From positions 20,243,417 to 20,307,416 of the forward strand of contig NC_068998.1 in NCBI RefSeq assembly GCF_001194135.2: a stretch of 64,000 nucleotides of DNA, written 5' to 3'. This stretch comes from Octopus bimaculoides (lineage: Eukaryota). The translations under genes were made by a program, and so were the position numbers. Numbering within the stretch: the first letter of the stretch is position 1; each line of letters starts with the position of its first letter. The notes under the pieces are model-generated. The model saw only the letters and a list, made by a program, of their open reading frames with translations. It did not search any database and was not told where the DNA came from. This document shows positions 63,917-64,000 of this stretch, piece after piece.

Positions 63917-64000
63917 TATGTGTTTGTGTGTGTGTGTGTGTGTGTGCATGCATGTGTGTGTATGTGTGTGGTGTGTACGTATGTATGCATGCTTCTATAT

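Overview
AT-rich, gapped animal scaffold packed with microsatellites. The SINE repertoire points to a coleoid cephalopod, probably Octopus (inference, not verified). The only supportable host gene is an M1-family aminopeptidase N-like gene on the + strand: seven exons between 41167 and 56523 with AG/GT ends, continuous reading phase, GAMEN, HEXXH-X18-E and the catalytic Tyr. Its 5' and 3' exons are not visible. The rest is mobile DNA: at least four tRNA-derived SINE families, R4/Dong-like RLE retrotransposon fragments, a Penelope-like (PLE) RT fragment, an internally deleted DD37D (maT) Tc1/mariner element, and hAT remnants including a MITE. The most striking unexplained structure is a recurring fold-back plus hammerhead architecture. 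Six long inverted repeats (63-121 bp arms, about 75-98% identity) occur here. Two enclose near-complete type-I hammerhead ribozyme motifs and one folds back at a hammerhead helix II. Further hammerhead motifs lie elsewhere, including a two-copy family with a non-canonical CUGUUGA core. These are best read as short Penelope-type or retrozyme-like elements, several embedded in (TA)n. Nearly all ORFs in the supplied track are microsatellite or N-gap artefacts. No CRISPR array, rRNA or genuine tRNA gene was found.
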